Below are positions 1-7,826 of a DNA stretch of 46,102 bases, piece after piece. This stretch comes from a virus. Its lineage: Duplodnaviria; Caudoviricetes. The notes under the pieces were generated by a model. That model was not told where the DNA came from. It searched no databases and worked only from the letters and a program-made list of their open reading frames with translations. The stretch covers positions 1 through 46,102 of IMG/VR virus record IMGVR_UViG_3300033475_000049; one strand, 5' to 3'. Position 1 is the first letter of the stretch. Each line of letters opens with the position of its first letter. A program made the translations under genes and the position numbers.

Positions 1-270
1 GTTCTGAAAATTAGCAATATATCTAGACAAAATTTTCATAGGAGCACTTTCTGCATCCTGATCGAATCCTCTGCTGTCTGTTGTAAGATTATAAAAACCT
101 GTTTCTGAATTGAGTTCAACGCAGATGCCGATAGATTTTGCATCAGATATAATAGTGTCAATGATTTTCTGGTATCCTTCTCCATCTAATCCTCTGCTGA
201 TGGAGAAGGACTGCCTTAAAAGGAAACTATTCAATTTCGAGATTACTTGTTTTCCTGCTGACTGTGTCAT
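1..270 (-). CDS. hypothetical protein, runs off the left edge (partial)
   Basis: ATG at 268-270 with GAGGA RBS; frame open to position 1 (MTQSAGKQVISKLNSF...); absent from ORF track because truncated. Confidence 0.7.
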   Translation of the reverse strand, partial: MTQSAGKQVISKLNSFLLRQSFSISRGLDGEGYQKIIDTIISDAKSIGICVELNSETGFYNLTTDSRGFDQDAESAPMKILSRYIANFQN

Positions 271-284
271 GGTGTTCCTCAATT

Positions 285-551
285 CTATAAAATGGCCAAT
301 ATCAAAATGCCGATAAACGAAACTAAAAAAACAACAATTGCAAGCAAAATTTGCCTATTTCTCTCATGAATCACTTGATGAATATTATATTTGAGTTTTA
401 TTGTTTGTTTCCAATATTCATCATAATATCCATTTGGTGCTGCTTTTCTTGTGATTGTATAAACTACTTGCAATGCGACTACGTTGTACAGTCTAAATAA
501 ACTATGACATAATGTAATGAACAAGATTGCTGTTTCTGCGATTTGCATCAT
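285..551 (-). CDS. small membrane protein
   Basis: 88 aa with hydrophobic N- and C-terminal segments; overlaps upstream stop. Confidence 0.6.
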   Translation of the reverse strand: MMQIAETAILFITLCHSLFRLYNVVALQVVYTITRKAAPNGYYDEYWKQTIKLKYNIHQVIHERNRQILLAIVVFLVSFIGILILAIL

Positions 552-811
552 GATCCTTTCATTTTATTTTTCAATTCTTGTAATGACTTAGAATTTGCTG
601 AAGACAAGAGAAGAGACGTTTGAAATATTCTCTTCGACATCGGCAAGTCTCCGAATTTTTCATTGATTATTTCACTCGAGAGTGCCCATGCTTTGTCGAT
701 CACAGATGCAGCAGAGAATCCGACTTCTACTAACATTGCAGTAAAATCGTAGACTGTGTCTATATCGTTCTGATCGAACAAAATGCCTGTAGCATGTTCT
801 GTGTCTGCCAT
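548..811 (-). CDS. hypothetical protein
   Basis: 87 aa ORF with purine-rich RBS, collinear with neighbours. Confidence 0.65.
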   Translation of the reverse strand: MADTEHATGILFDQNDIDTVYDFTAMLVEVGFSAASVIDKAWALSSEIINEKFGDLPMSKRIFQTSLLLSSANSKSLQELKNKMKGS

Positions 812-858
812 TTTTTTTATTTTTCCCTTCTTCGTTTAACATTGTAGGTATTTTTCCT

Positions 859-940
859 ATCACCCAGATGACATTTGGGGACATAGGTGCAAAAAGCTAT
901 ATGAATATATGTTAAATGTGCAGCGGTCATCTGTGATGAT
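859..940. repeat. dispersed palindromic element, copy 1 (core inverted and degenerate)
   Basis: ATCACCCAGATGACATTTGGGGAC ... TATATGAATATATG ... GTCATCTGTGATGAT; arms shared with copies near 7663, 17312, 22771, 45495. Confidence 0.6.
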
Positions 941-1403
941 GTCCGTATAACTCTTTCAGAATATTTACTCTATAGCATTCGATTCCTACAATGCCTAAAA
1001 ACTCCATTTGATTAGAGACATTATACAACTTGCACTTTTCGTCTGTATAATCATGAGCATATACAACTTTTTGAATCTTTGCATTAATAACAAATTTGCA
1101 ACATTCGAAACAGCAGAGATGGGTCGTGTATAACGTTGAACCTTTTGCGCTCTTACCAGCCTGAATGATAGCATTCTGCTCTGCGTGAACTGTTGAAATA
1201 CAATGCCCATCAATGACTATGCATCCAATTTCACTACAATGAGGCATACCGGATGGTGAACCATTGTATCCTGTAGAGATGAGTTGGCCATCGTTAACAA
1301 TAACGGCTCCGACCATTGCTCTAGTGCAAGTAGATCTGAAACTCGCAGCCAAAGCAATGGTCATATAATAAGAATCCAATTTATATTCCATCGATGATAT
1401 CAC
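927..1403 (-). CDS. dCMP deaminase (ComEB-like)
   Basis: STC..A.VGAVIV, STGYNG, HAEQNAI and CFEC Zn-binding motifs. Confidence 0.92.
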   Translation of the reverse strand: MISSMEYKLDSYYMTIALAASFRSTCTRAMVGAVIVNDGQLISTGYNGSPSGMPHCSEIGCIVIDGHCISTVHAEQNAIIQAGKSAKGSTLYTTHLCCFECCKFVINAKIQKVVYAHDYTDEKCKLYNVSNQMEFLGIVGIECYRVNILKELYGHHHR

Positions 1404-1926
1404 TTAATGTTTGATTGTGTCTACTATCTGGAGTTGATATTTTACCAAGTCTTCTTCGTATAGTTTCTTGATCTATACGATTCATAGTAAATTTTGGCGT
1501 TTTATCTGATCGCAAAAGATGTGCACCATAATCGACACCTGTAGCTATCTTAATATTAAAAACCAGAGGCTCGCCAATAACTTCACATGCTTCTTTTATA
1601 ATTTCATTTGCATGAGTTGGATGATAGGAATCGATTATTTTCTTAAATGCGATGATATTATTAAAGAGGTCATCAGAGCTTGCTCTTGAAAGAAAATCAT
1701 AAGCTTGCAGTCTCGCTTCTTTCGAAACTAGCATCGTGGCGGCTGTAACTTTATTTTCTGGCAAAAAACCAACACTCTTGAACATGACAACTGAGATTTT
1801 CTCAACAGGCATATCTAAACGATTGAGGTAGTGACAACTCGTATCATCAGCAACATGATAATAAATGATGAGACCTAGTGAGTTTTTAGCTATAATCTCT
1901 TTATCACAAGGACACTTAATTAACAT
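1381..1926 (-). CDS. hypothetical protein with N-terminal Cys/His (possible Zn ribbon)
   Basis: 181 aa; CPC...H...C; packed directly after the vWA gene. Confidence 0.65.
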   Translation of the reverse strand: MLIKCPCDKEIIAKNSLGLIIYYHVADDTSCHYLNRLDMPVEKISVVMFKSVGFLPENKVTAATMLVSKEARLQAYDFLSRASSDDLFNNIIAFKKIIDSYHPTHANEIIKEACEVIGEPLVFNIKIATGVDYGAHLLRSDKTPKFTMNRIDQETIRRRLGKISTPDSRHNQTLSDIIDGI

Positions 1927-1927
1927 T

Positions 1928-3511
1928 TTAATTTAACCTTCCAATCAGAAATTCAGCAACTTTAATATGAAAATTCTCAATTGTTGCTGGTATCACCTTT
2001 TCTTGTGGATTATGGTATGAGTCATACATCGGCTCGCCCTTTTCATAATCCTTAGATGAAACGATGTTGAACTTTACAAATTCTAGATTGAAATTTGCTC
2101 TTAAAGCTTGCTCAATTTTGCTATACTCTGAATAGTCGTTGATGACCCCATCAGTTATTACAATCACGACACGCTTACGAGCTGTCCACTTCATATTGAA
2201 AAGTGTGTTGTAGCCGCTTATGATATCTGTGCCACCACCGGCTCTTGGCTCCAACTTCGCTCCTGTGAGTTTATCATCAAAGTTCAGATTTACAAGGTGG
2301 CTATCACTAAAATCTATCTCTGCGCTTCTTACTCCCTGAAGCTCAGAAATGGCCGCTAATAGGCACACAACCAATTCTGCATATGGCACCTTTACGCCGC
2401 CTGTAGAACCTGAAATGTCTTTGAATACTACCACATCAATTTTACTATCGATTCTCTTATTGACTGTATATGCGAGTGCTGGCTCTCCTGTGAATGATGC
2501 AACATATGCCTGCATCTGCTTCATGAAGTTCATGTCACCTTCTACGGTGTTTGCACGGACGATATCATTCAGGCGAAGTTTAAATGCAGTTCTGATGTTT
2601 TTGATCACATCGAGATACTTATCGACTGTGGCTCTATAGAATGAATTATCATCCTGACCCTCATTGATTTTACCAGAAGGTAAACCAGCCTGATTTCCTT
2701 TGCTTGTCTTGAGATTGCTCAATGTATCAGAGAGTGAGTTTGATATCGCCTGCTCTCCATTCTGAGCCTTTTCAATATCTGCATTTGTCATACCTGAAAT
2801 GAGACTAACAGAGCTTTCAATAGCTTTCATTGTATCATCACTTACACCTGATACGATGTATTGGTATATTACATAACTTGCAATGAGCACGTTTTTCGAG
2901 TCATTTCTCGTTGCACTCAATACCATTGGCAAACAGAAACTTATGAAATTTTCATCGGCATTTTTGACGATCACTCCAAATCTTGCTAAGTAGAAAAGTG
3001 CATCAACTTTTTTATCGATCTCTATAATCTCTGGCGTTTTTGGTGGTCGATTTTTGCTGTTCGAGCTCTTTGAAGTGCTGATGATTGTGTCTCTCTTCAG
3101 AACAGTCAAGATCAATCGAATATATGGTGTTGTTCCTGGGAACTGGCTCGTCAGACTATATTCGCCATTGTTATCGAGCAAAATGTTCCAGATCGTCTTA
3201 AACAAGCCATTGTGAATCACTGGTGAATATTTGAACGCTTCGTATTTGATGTGGCTGATCTCATGTAATAAGAGACCAGCCTTGAACATTGAGAAAGGAA
3301 TGTTTTGAGAGAAGTCTTTCTTAATCCACGATTGATTGTAGATTTCAAGAGCCTTATCAGGATTGATCCTAATATTGTATGTTGGCTTTCCTTTGACCCT
3401 GTCATCTACATCTACGCAGGCTATTCCATCGAGTTTGACATCTTTATCGTCGAGATCGACAGAAACTCCAGGTATAATGTAAAATGGACGAATCTCATTA
3501 ATATCTTGCAT
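1928..3511 (-). CDS. vWA (MIDAS) domain protein with N-terminal HExxH motif, CobT/NorD-like partner of MoxR ATPase
   Basis: LLLHEISH; DISGS MIDAS, GGGT, VITDG. Confidence 0.85.
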   Translation of the reverse strand: MQDINEIRPFYIIPGVSVDLDDKDVKLDGIACVDVDDRVKGKPTYNIRINPDKALEIYNQSWIKKDFSQNIPFSMFKAGLLLHEISHIKYEAFKYSPVIHNGLFKTIWNILLDNNGEYSLTSQFPGTTPYIRLILTVLKRDTIISTSKSSNSKNRPPKTPEIIEIDKKVDALFYLARFGVIVKNADENFISFCLPMVLSATRNDSKNVLIASYVIYQYIVSGVSDDTMKAIESSVSLISGMTNADIEKAQNGEQAISNSLSDTLSNLKTSKGNQAGLPSGKINEGQDDNSFYRATVDKYLDVIKNIRTAFKLRLNDIVRANTVEGDMNFMKQMQAYVASFTGEPALAYTVNKRIDSKIDVVVFKDISGSTGGVKVPYAELVVCLLAAISELQGVRSAEIDFSDSHLVNLNFDDKLTGAKLEPRAGGGTDIISGYNTLFNMKWTARKRVVIVITDGVINDYSEYSKIEQALRANFNLEFVKFNIVSSKDYEKGEPMYDSYHNPQEKVIPATIENFHIKVAEFLIGRLN

Positions 3512-3523
3512 TTCGCATTGCTC

Positions 3524-4600
3524 CTAAATGATTCCGTTCATGATTTTCTGTCGTGTTGACTGCGCACCCAACTCAGTGCCGTCAATGTCGATGTAGAATC
3601 CAGTCGAGATTTTCACAATTTCACGAAATGTTGGAACGCCAATTCGTGAAACGTATCGCACAAACTCTTGAATTTCTGGTTTCTGCATCACTGAAATGTC
3701 TACAATCTGCTTTTGTAAGATACGTTCTGTGATCGTCTTACGAAGTGATTCCAAGTTTGTGCCGCGAGTGAAGTAATCATCAATAGTACCATCTGGTTTC
3801 TTTGGTTCTAAATGCATCATGATCATTGCGTGTGCAATGTTACGAGTGCTCAACGGCCAGTCAGAGCTACGATTTGTACTCATGTACGATACTAAATATC
3901 GTACTACAGAATCAGGAATGTCCAATTGCGACTTACCAGAGTATTGTGTTGCAGCTGTTGCCTTTGCAATTACTACTTCATCGTTGAAACTAGGATAATC
4001 AAATGGAACTCCAATGACACGATTGGCAAACGATGGTGGAACACGGATGTTACCACTATGATTTACACGGTTAGATCCGTAGATCACTTTCAACCCAGAA
4101 GCATCGATTGACTTATCACCAATAGAAATGACAGAGTTACCAGAAGCATCAATACTATTGAGCATCAGCAACATCTGCATCGTCGAGTGTGTGATCTCAT
4201 CGATTCCAACTATCGCGTTCTCTCGTGCTGCTTTGGCCATAACACCATCAAATGGTACCAGTGAACCATCCATAAGACGGAGACCAATAAAAACGGAAGT
4301 TTTTGTATCTTCTGGACTCAGTTGAAAGTAGTATGCAGGGACATTGTACTGCTTTGCATATGCTTTTAAAAGGTTCTGCATGGTCAATGTCTTGCCCGTA
4401 CCTGAATCGCCAATGAGATACAACGGAATATTTGTCTCTGTGAGGTACAGGTAAAGTTTTTTCATCCTCTCCCTCGGACCTTCGCCAACGACACGTGGTA
4501 CCTTGTTCACATCTAGTAATGCTGCATTTGTGTCCACTGCAGTGACTTTCTTATTAGAATTTCCATTTAAACCAGCGGTTGACATATTTTTTCCTTCCAT
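3524..4600 (-). CDS. MoxR/CbbQ-NirQ-NorQ family AAA+ ATPase
   Basis: Walker A GDSGTGKT, Walker B VGIDEI, FANR, STR sensor; adjacent to vWA gene. Confidence 0.88.
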   Translation of the reverse strand: MEGKNMSTAGLNGNSNKKVTAVDTNAALLDVNKVPRVVGEGPRERMKKLYLYLTETNIPLYLIGDSGTGKTLTMQNLLKAYAKQYNVPAYYFQLSPEDTKTSVFIGLRLMDGSLVPFDGVMAKAARENAIVGIDEITHSTMQMLLMLNSIDASGNSVISIGDKSIDASGLKVIYGSNRVNHSGNIRVPPSFANRVIGVPFDYPSFNDEVVIAKATAATQYSGKSQLDIPDSVVRYLVSYMSTNRSSDWPLSTRNIAHAMIMMHLEPKKPDGTIDDYFTRGTNLESLRKTITERILQKQIVDISVMQKPEIQEFVRYVSRIGVPTFREIVKISTGFYIDIDGTELGAQSTRQKIMNGII

Positions 4601-4630
4601 TTTGCATTTACATATTCAATTTATATGGAT

Positions 4631-4660
4631 ATTATACTACATTTTTTGCAAATTGTACAT
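4631..4660 (-). promoter_or_regulatory. phage promoter TGTACA-N17-TATAAT
   Basis: minus strand ATGTACA-17 nt-TATAAT upstream of the AAA+ gene; same motif at 7564, 8361, 22650. Confidence 0.75.
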
Positions 4661-4706
4661 ATTTTTTTATCACAAAGTTGAAATTCGTTGAGTCTAAACT
4701 AAACAT

Positions 4707-4740
4707 AAAAATTGGCTAATAAGAGAAACTTATTAGCCAA
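4707..4740 (-). terminator. intrinsic terminator
   Basis: TTGGCTAATAAG/CTTATTAGCCAA hairpin followed by T-run on minus strand. Confidence 0.7.
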
Positions 4741-4757
4741 AGTCTTGTTCTCATTTA

Positions 4758-5072
4758 TTAATGTTTCTTACGATGTTTTTCGTAATTGTTTCTTGCTTCT
4801 TCGAAAAGGCCCCTTGCAGCAGGATCGTTAGATGCATTATACCAGAGTGTGTAAAGCGTTGTTAGAGTTTGATATTCATTTTTACACTGTTCGCATTGTG
4901 GAAAAGGTGCATCTATTGGTTTCTCTGTGAATACAATCTCTATTTTTGCTCCTGGATATTGTTGAAGAAATTCAAGATTTTTTGTGACAAGATCTATTAC
5001 CGACTGTGTATCTGATATTCCTGTGACTTCGCTTCGTTTACCTTTGTCCTCAATAAATTTTATGTTAAACAT
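4758..5072 (-). CDS. hypothetical protein (CxxC)
   Basis: 104 aa ORF with AAGGA RBS. Confidence 0.7.
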   Translation of the reverse strand: MFNIKFIEDKGKRSEVTGISDTQSVIDLVTKNLEFLQQYPGAKIEIVFTEKPIDAPFPQCEQCKNEYQTLTTLYTLWYNASNDPAARGLFEEARNNYEKHRKKH

Positions 5073-5208
5073 TCTTATTTTCCTTTATAAACTCAGCGGA
5101 TAGAGATTATCGCAATGATGTGAGAAATTTATCCGCTGTGTCCTTCGCCGATTAGAAGCATTATCTTATACCGGTTTGTCGTATCCCAATATAAAACTTT
5201 GCTTCTAG

Positions 5209-5324
5209 AGGCTACGGCAGGACTCGAACCGGCTCACGATATCAGTGTCAACCAACAAAGATAACCGCTCTTCCTGGCAAGTAATGTTCACGGAAACCAC
5301 CTGCTCTCTGAGACGTACGTAGCC
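5209..5324 (-). ncRNA. oversized tRNA-like RNA (~115 nt)
   Basis: perfect acceptor stem GGCTACG/CGTAGCC and T-arm GGTTCGAGTCC, but ~40 extra internal nt and no canonical anticodon arm. Confidence 0.55.
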
Positions 5325-5401
5325 AAAAACTTCTGCTATTATTAATAAGTTCTGGCAAGAACCACACGAAAGGGATCAAATATCAACAATAACAAAAGCG
5401 G

Positions 5402-5474
5402 CGATCACGGTAGGATTCGAACCGTACTACCTCCGACTTGGGGGTCATCGGTGCTCTCCATGAGCTTCGTGATC
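5402..5474 (-). tRNA. atypical/pseudo tRNA, 9-nt anticodon loop GACCCCCAA (Gly-CCC-like)
   Basis: GATCACG/CGTGATC acceptor, GCTC/GAGC D-stem, CCGAT/GTCGG anticodon stem, bulged T-stem with TTCGAAT. Confidence 0.6.
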
Positions 5475-5535
5475 TTAGTAAACAGAAAAAATGCCACTAA
5501 TTTCTGTTTACTTTTAGTCAGTAGCATCCGACTAG

Positions 5536-5608
5536 TGAATGCAGCAGGATTCGAACCCGCATCTCGTCGACCTGGTATCGACGGCTCTTCCTCTTAAGCT
5601 ACACATTC
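5536..5608 (-). tRNA. atypical tRNA-Trp(CCA)-like, A at position 33
   Basis: GAATGTG/TGCATTC acceptor, GTCGA/TCGAC stem with loop TACCAGG, GGTTCGAATCC T-arm. Confidence 0.6.
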
Positions 5609-5669
5609 TCAATAAGCAGGATAGACGCCATCAAATCCTGCTTACGCGCTGTCGTGGTAATCCAACAGC

Positions 5670-5744
5670 TGGCGACTCGTGCGGGATTTGAACCCGCGCT
5701 ACAAGATCGACAATCTTGTGTCTTAACCGCTAGACCAACGAGCC
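5670..5744 (-). tRNA. tRNA-Asp(GTC)
   Basis: full cloverleaf, CAAGA-TTGTCGA-TCTTG anticodon arm, encoded G-CCA end. Confidence 0.92.
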
Positions 5745-5829
5745 AAGTGTGGAGCATTTTTTACCCTGTTATACGGTATACAACAAATGCCCCAAGGTTA
5801 TTAAAATGGTCATCAGTGGATTATTCCAC

Positions 5830-5903
5830 TGGCTCCTCGAGTAGGAGTCGAACCTACATTGCTCAGTTAATAGCCGAGTGATTTACCATTAATCGACCGA
5901 GGA
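5830..5903 (-). tRNA. tRNA-Asn with ATT anticodon (A34)
   Basis: TCCTCGG acceptor, CTCGG-CTATTAA-CTGAG anticodon arm, G discriminator plus CCA. Confidence 0.88.
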
Positions 5904-5992
5904 AAATGGAAGGCATTTGTTAAAGGTTAGTGGATGGAACCCACCAGAAAAACAGTAATGCCTTCATATGTATGCAACAGTAATAAAACTGT

Positions 5993-6067
5993 TGGTTCCT
6001 CAGGTAGGATTCGAACCTACAATATGCTGATCCAAGGTCAGCCGCAATACCATTATGCCACTGAGGA
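5993..6067 (-). tRNA. tRNA-Gln(TTG), C at position 33
   Basis: TCCTCAG/CTGAGGA acceptor, GCTGA-CCTTGGA-TCAGC anticodon arm, CCA end. Confidence 0.85.
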
Positions 6068-6074
6068 ATGTGAA

Positions 6075-6137
6075 GGGAATGAAGAACTTCAATTCCCTCC
6101 GTCAAGAAGAAAAGGAGCCTTTCCTATAGACATTCCT
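6075..6137 (-). pseudogene. possible highly degenerate tRNA relic
   Basis: GGAATG/CATTCC terminal stem, D-like GTCTATAGGAAAGGC, CTCC/GGAG stem; no proper T-loop. Confidence 0.25.
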
Positions 6138-6173
6138 ATGGGTGCTGGCACGATACCGGCTACTCGCCGGGGG

Positions 6174-6244
6174 AGGTTCTACGAGGAATTGAACCTCGAT
6201 ACCCGATTTACAAGATCGGTGTTTTACCGTTAAACTATAGAACC
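6174..6244 (-). tRNA. tRNA-Thr(TGT)
   Basis: GGTTCTA/TAGAACC acceptor, CCGAT-CTTGTAA-ATCGG anticodon arm, GGTTCAATTCC T-arm; no encoded CCA. Confidence 0.88.
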
Positions 6245-6251
6245 TCGATAA

Positions 6252-7310
6252 CTAGATCAATAACGTGAATGCATCAAAAGCTTCTTGATCTACAGTAGAG
6301 TAGATTCCTCTGATGCCTTGAGATGAAGCTTCTAATGTCAAGTACCCGTGTTTACTGCTATTGAATGCTTCTAATGTTACATTGTCTTCTTTGATATAGA
6401 ATGGCGTTTTTGTGTTTTTTACCATTGGATGCAGATGATGATATCCGCCTGATCCTGCAACGATGTACTGAACGCTCTTGCCGTGGAGTTTGCGGCTAAA
6501 CCTTTGATAATTATGAACGTGTCCCGCGAGAACAACATCTGGCGTTCTACCAGAAGATGTAATCGCATAATCTAACACATCAGACATTGCTTTACTGCCA
6601 CTGTGCATTATGTCAAATGAGTAAATCGGATGGTGCATTGCAATGATTAGCACCTTTTCTTTCGGAGCAGAATAGAGCTCTTGCTTCAACCATGAGATTT
6701 GTGTTTTGTCCAGGTACCCACCTTCAGGTACATTGGTATACAGACCAATGATCGTTGCAAATGGCGTCTCTAATGTCCAATAAACATTAGGTTGTGTCAT
6801 CGCATCACGACTAGAATCACCTGATTCGTGTGTCGGTTGTGGATACGGAGAGCAAAAATTTTCTGTAAATCCATGGAGTGACGCATCGTCATTATGTTGC
6901 ACTTCACCATCATGATTCCCAGGGATAGCAAATATTGGAGCTGCATAATGTACGTATGGATCATAAAACTGGCCGTAGTAATCAGTACTCTGACCGTAGA
7001 AATAAACAACGTCACCAAGATGGTAGAAGAAACGGATATTTTTTGACGGAATATCATTCGCCATTAGTTCTGCAACTTGCATCTGATAATGAGGATCAAG
7101 AACTCCACCTGTGTCACCTACTGCATGAAATCGCATATATCCATTCTGAATAATTTCTTTGATTTCATCAGTAGGAAGTACATTTGCAAGATCAAGATGA
7201 TATGGAGCATTTCCTTCTGGTCTTGGCAATGGTTGTGGCTTCTGTGATGTGACATGAAATGTCTGGGCTTTTATTTCAGCGTGTCTTATTCTACCAAAAT
7301 TTCTTAACAT
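6252..7310 (-). CDS. calcineurin-like metallophosphoesterase (purple acid phosphatase-like)
   Basis: GDTG, HLGDVVY, PGNHD, MHHP, GHVH motifs. Confidence 0.9.
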   Translation of the reverse strand: MLRNFGRIRHAEIKAQTFHVTSQKPQPLPRPEGNAPYHLDLANVLPTDEIKEIIQNGYMRFHAVGDTGGVLDPHYQMQVAELMANDIPSKNIRFFYHLGDVVYFYGQSTDYYGQFYDPYVHYAAPIFAIPGNHDGEVQHNDDASLHGFTENFCSPYPQPTHESGDSSRDAMTQPNVYWTLETPFATIIGLYTNVPEGGYLDKTQISWLKQELYSAPKEKVLIIAMHHPIYSFDIMHSGSKAMSDVLDYAITSSGRTPDVVLAGHVHNYQRFSRKLHGKSVQYIVAGSGGYHHLHPMVKNTKTPFYIKEDNVTLEAFNSSKHGYLTLEASSQGIRGIYSTVDQEAFDAFTLLI

Positions 7311-7354
7311 TATAGTGCTTTCAATATGTTTTTAAGTAGTTTTATATAAAAATA

Positions 7355-7488
7355 TGGCCCGATATGGCAGGAGTCGAACCTACTCTCCACAATAGATAGG
7401 AAATTAACCAATCTAGGATCACGTACGAGTATACTCTAGATGAAGCTAAAATATGCTATTGAAGTGTGTTCCGTACACTATTATCGGC
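7355..7488 (-). ncRNA. oversized tRNA-like RNA (~133 nt) with CCA end
   Basis: CCGATA/TATCGG acceptor plus GCCA, GTGT/ACAC D-stem, GTAGG-TTCGACT-CCTGC T-arm, ~60-nt insert closed by CAATAG/CTATTG where the anticodon loop should be. Confidence 0.6.
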
Positions 7489-7563
7489 ATGGTGTTATTG
7501 AAATGAATTAGAAATTGAGTTTAAAGGAAAAACCATATTTTTTCATTTCAATAACTTGTTAAT

Positions 7564-7593
7564 ATTATATATTATTTTGCTTATAAAGTACAT
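7564..7593 (-). promoter_or_regulatory. phage promoter TGTACT-N17-TATAAT driving the tRNA region
   Basis: same motif and 17-nt spacing as 4631, 8361, 22650. Confidence 0.7.
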
Positions 7594-7662
7594 ACTTTTA
7601 GTACATTTTTTTATCACGTTCAAAAGTTCATTGAGTCTTTGCTATGTATAAAGCACAAATTG

Positions 7663-7752
7663 TTATCACCAGGATTAAAATTGGGGCCTTTAAACAAAAA
7701 AGATGTATATTTATATAACTACGGAGCAGCTGTCATCTGGATGATAGTGATA
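7663..7752. repeat. dispersed palindromic element, copy 2
   Basis: core GATGTATATTTATATA at 7702-7717; TTATCACCAGG...TTGGGG left arm, GTCATCTGGATGATA right arm. Confidence 0.65.
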
Positions 7753-7761
7753 AAAAATCAC

Positions 7762-7791
7762 AAAAAAAATGGAGAGATGTTACTCTCTCCA
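7762..7791 (-). terminator. intrinsic terminator
   Basis: TGGAGAGA/TCTCTCCA hairpin followed by 8 T on minus strand. Confidence 0.75.
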
Positions 7792-7826
7792 CCTTTATTT
7801 TGAAAGTTTTTTTACTCTGCTACGGG

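Noticed and set aside
5751-5793. tmRNA gene
   Set aside because: Ala-type acceptor stem present but no T-arm and only ~25 nt enclosed; no room for tag ORF or pseudoknots
5654-6233. ORFs 5654-5881, 5920-6105, 5934-6233
   Set aside because: Overlap clear tRNA genes; spurious
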